From an uncultured archaeon (GTDB lineage Archaea > Micrarchaeota > Micrarchaeia > Micrarchaeales > CABMGC01), in contig CAWBCT010000011.1 of NCBI GenBank assembly GCA_963787445.1, positions 1-45,443 of the forward strand: a DNA stretch of 45,443 nucleotides, in the 5' to 3' direction. Numbering within the stretch: the stretch's first letter is position 1; the number at the start of each line of letters is the position of its first letter. Both the position numbers and the translations under genes were made by a program. The notes beneath the pieces are model-generated. The model saw only the letters and a program-made list of their open reading frames with translations, was not told where the DNA came from and searched no databases. This document shows positions 44,416-45,443 of this stretch, in pieces.

Positions 44416-45321
44416 ATGGAATCCATAGAGCTAGGCAAGTCAGGCGTGAAACTGCCAGTATTGGGAATGGGAACGTGGAAGCTCGGCGCGGACTACGCGG
44501 GCTCGGTCCAGGTGCTCAAGCGGGGAATAGAGCTGGGAATACATTTCGTGGACACGGCTGAGCTCTACGGCAATGAGGTCATCGTGGGCGAGGCGATAAA
44601 GGGGAGCGGGGTCTTCCTGGCCACGAAGGTCTCCCCCGGCCATTTCAAGGAGAAGGACGTGCTTGCCGCCTGCGACGAGAGCCTGAAGCGGCTCGGCACG
44701 AAGCACATAGACCTGTACCAGCTCCACTGGCCAAACCACAACGTCCCCATAAAGGAGACGATGCGAGCTATGGAGAGGCTCATGGACGAGGGGAAGATAA
44801 GGCACATCGGAGTGAGCAACTTCTCCGTGGCGGAGTTCGAGGAGGCCAGGGCGGCGATGCACAGGCACGAGATCGTCTCCAACCAGATAGAGTACAGCGT
44901 GATCGTGCGGGAGGTGGGGGACGCATTTATGGAGTTTGCGAAGAGGAACAACGTCGCCGTAATAGCCTACAGCCCGCTCGGGAGCGGCGCGCTCTTCGAC
45001 GAGCGGTACGGGGGCGCGCACGTGCTGCTTGAGGACATAGGGAAGAGGTACGGGAAGACGGCGAGCCAGGTCGCGCTGAATTGGCTGATGCAGAAGGGGG
45101 ACATTTCGGTGATCCCCAAGGCCTGCAGCCTGCACCACCTGGAGGAAAATCTTGGAGCGGTGGGCTGGAAGCTCAAGGGGGATGACATCAAAATAGACGA
45201 GATCGGCCAGCTCAAGAAGCCGCTCTCACTCCGGATGAACACCCCAGTGGCTAGGAAGATGTCGGGCTTCTGGTCCAAGGTGAGGCCAGAGGGAGGCGAG
45301 GCATTGCCAAGAAGCCGGTAG
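44416..45321 (+). CDS. Aldo/keto reductase
   Basis: LGMGTW, VDTAELYG, ATKV, IDLYQLHWP, IGVSNF, NQIEY, AYSPL and IPKA. Confidence 0.96.
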   Translation: MESIELGKSGVKLPVLGMGTWKLGADYAGSVQVLKRGIELGIHFVDTAELYGNEVIVGEAIKGSGVFLATKVSPGHFKEKDVLAACDESLKRLGTKHIDLYQLHWPNHNVPIKETMRAMERLMDEGKIRHIGVSNFSVAEFEEARAAMHRHEIVSNQIEYSVIVREVGDAFMEFAKRNNVAVIAYSPLGSGALFDERYGGAHVLLEDIGKRYGKTASQVALNWLMQKGDISVIPKACSLHHLEENLGAVGWKLKGDDIKIDEIGQLKKPLSLRMNTPVARKMSGFWSKVRPEGGEALPRSR

Positions 45322-45443
45322 AAAGGATTAAGAGACGCCCAAGCCATACTAAACGATGGCAATCTCAGACATCACCATAGGCATGGGTCTGCTTCATCGC
45401 GATGGTCTCCTGGGGATTGGCGACTTCTTCATACAGAAATCAA

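Noticed and set aside
12573-45362. Numerous long antisense or alternate-frame ORFs (for example 12815..13468, 16458..17093, 24290..24988, 41364..42125, 44440..45138)
   Set aside because: They are shadows of real genes with GC-rich third positions and carry no motifs.
1-45443. CRISPR array, IS/transposase, integrase, provirus or rRNA
   Set aside because: I found no regularly spaced repeats, no recombinase, transposase or viral motifs, and no rRNA signatures.
45322-45443. Partial gene at the right edge
   Set aside because: Only short frames with no recognisable motif.

Overview
Gene-dense archaeal chromosome segment. By inference it comes from a DPANN archaeon, most likely Micrarchaeota: it has a class III signal peptide LamG protein, a tRNA with a non-canonical D-loop intron, a BofA-family gene, many orphans and 4-bp gene overlaps. 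Core genes: rpoL, rps19e-PDCD5-rpl39e-rpl31e-aIF6, pfdA-ftsY, secG/Sec61beta, rio1, aIF1A, aIF2beta, aEF1beta, histone, MTAP, a MacB-type ABC system, 2-oxoacid:ferredoxin oxidoreductase, HMG-CoA reductase, a frameshifted endonuclease IV, a HerA-like ATPase and an aldo/keto reductase. RNA genes: four tRNAs (Arg-CCG, intron-containing Ser-GCT, Arg-GCG, Gln-CTG), SRP RNA and RNase P RNA. Most notable: (1) about 15 scattered orphan genes (ankyrin, kinase-like, receiver, methyltransferase-like and unknown) share an extended promoter element, TATA followed by (C/G)TGRAAAA, and have basic, Ser/Thr/Ala-rich N-termini, suggesting a co-regulated effector-like gene class; (2) the SRP RNA appears to lack helix 6 and the RNase P RNA is reduced and type M-like; (3) a 1.3-kb integrase-less islet in tRNA-Arg carries an AbiE-type toxin-antitoxin pair in reversed order with an operator-like palindrome; (4) a second, degraded islet lies at tRNA-Gln; (5) the HerA-like ATPase is fused to a PD-(D/E)XK-like domain; (6) the histone gene is flanked by a divergent GNAT acetyltransferase and a pilin-like LamG gene. 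All calls come from manual reading; no searches or folding programs were run.
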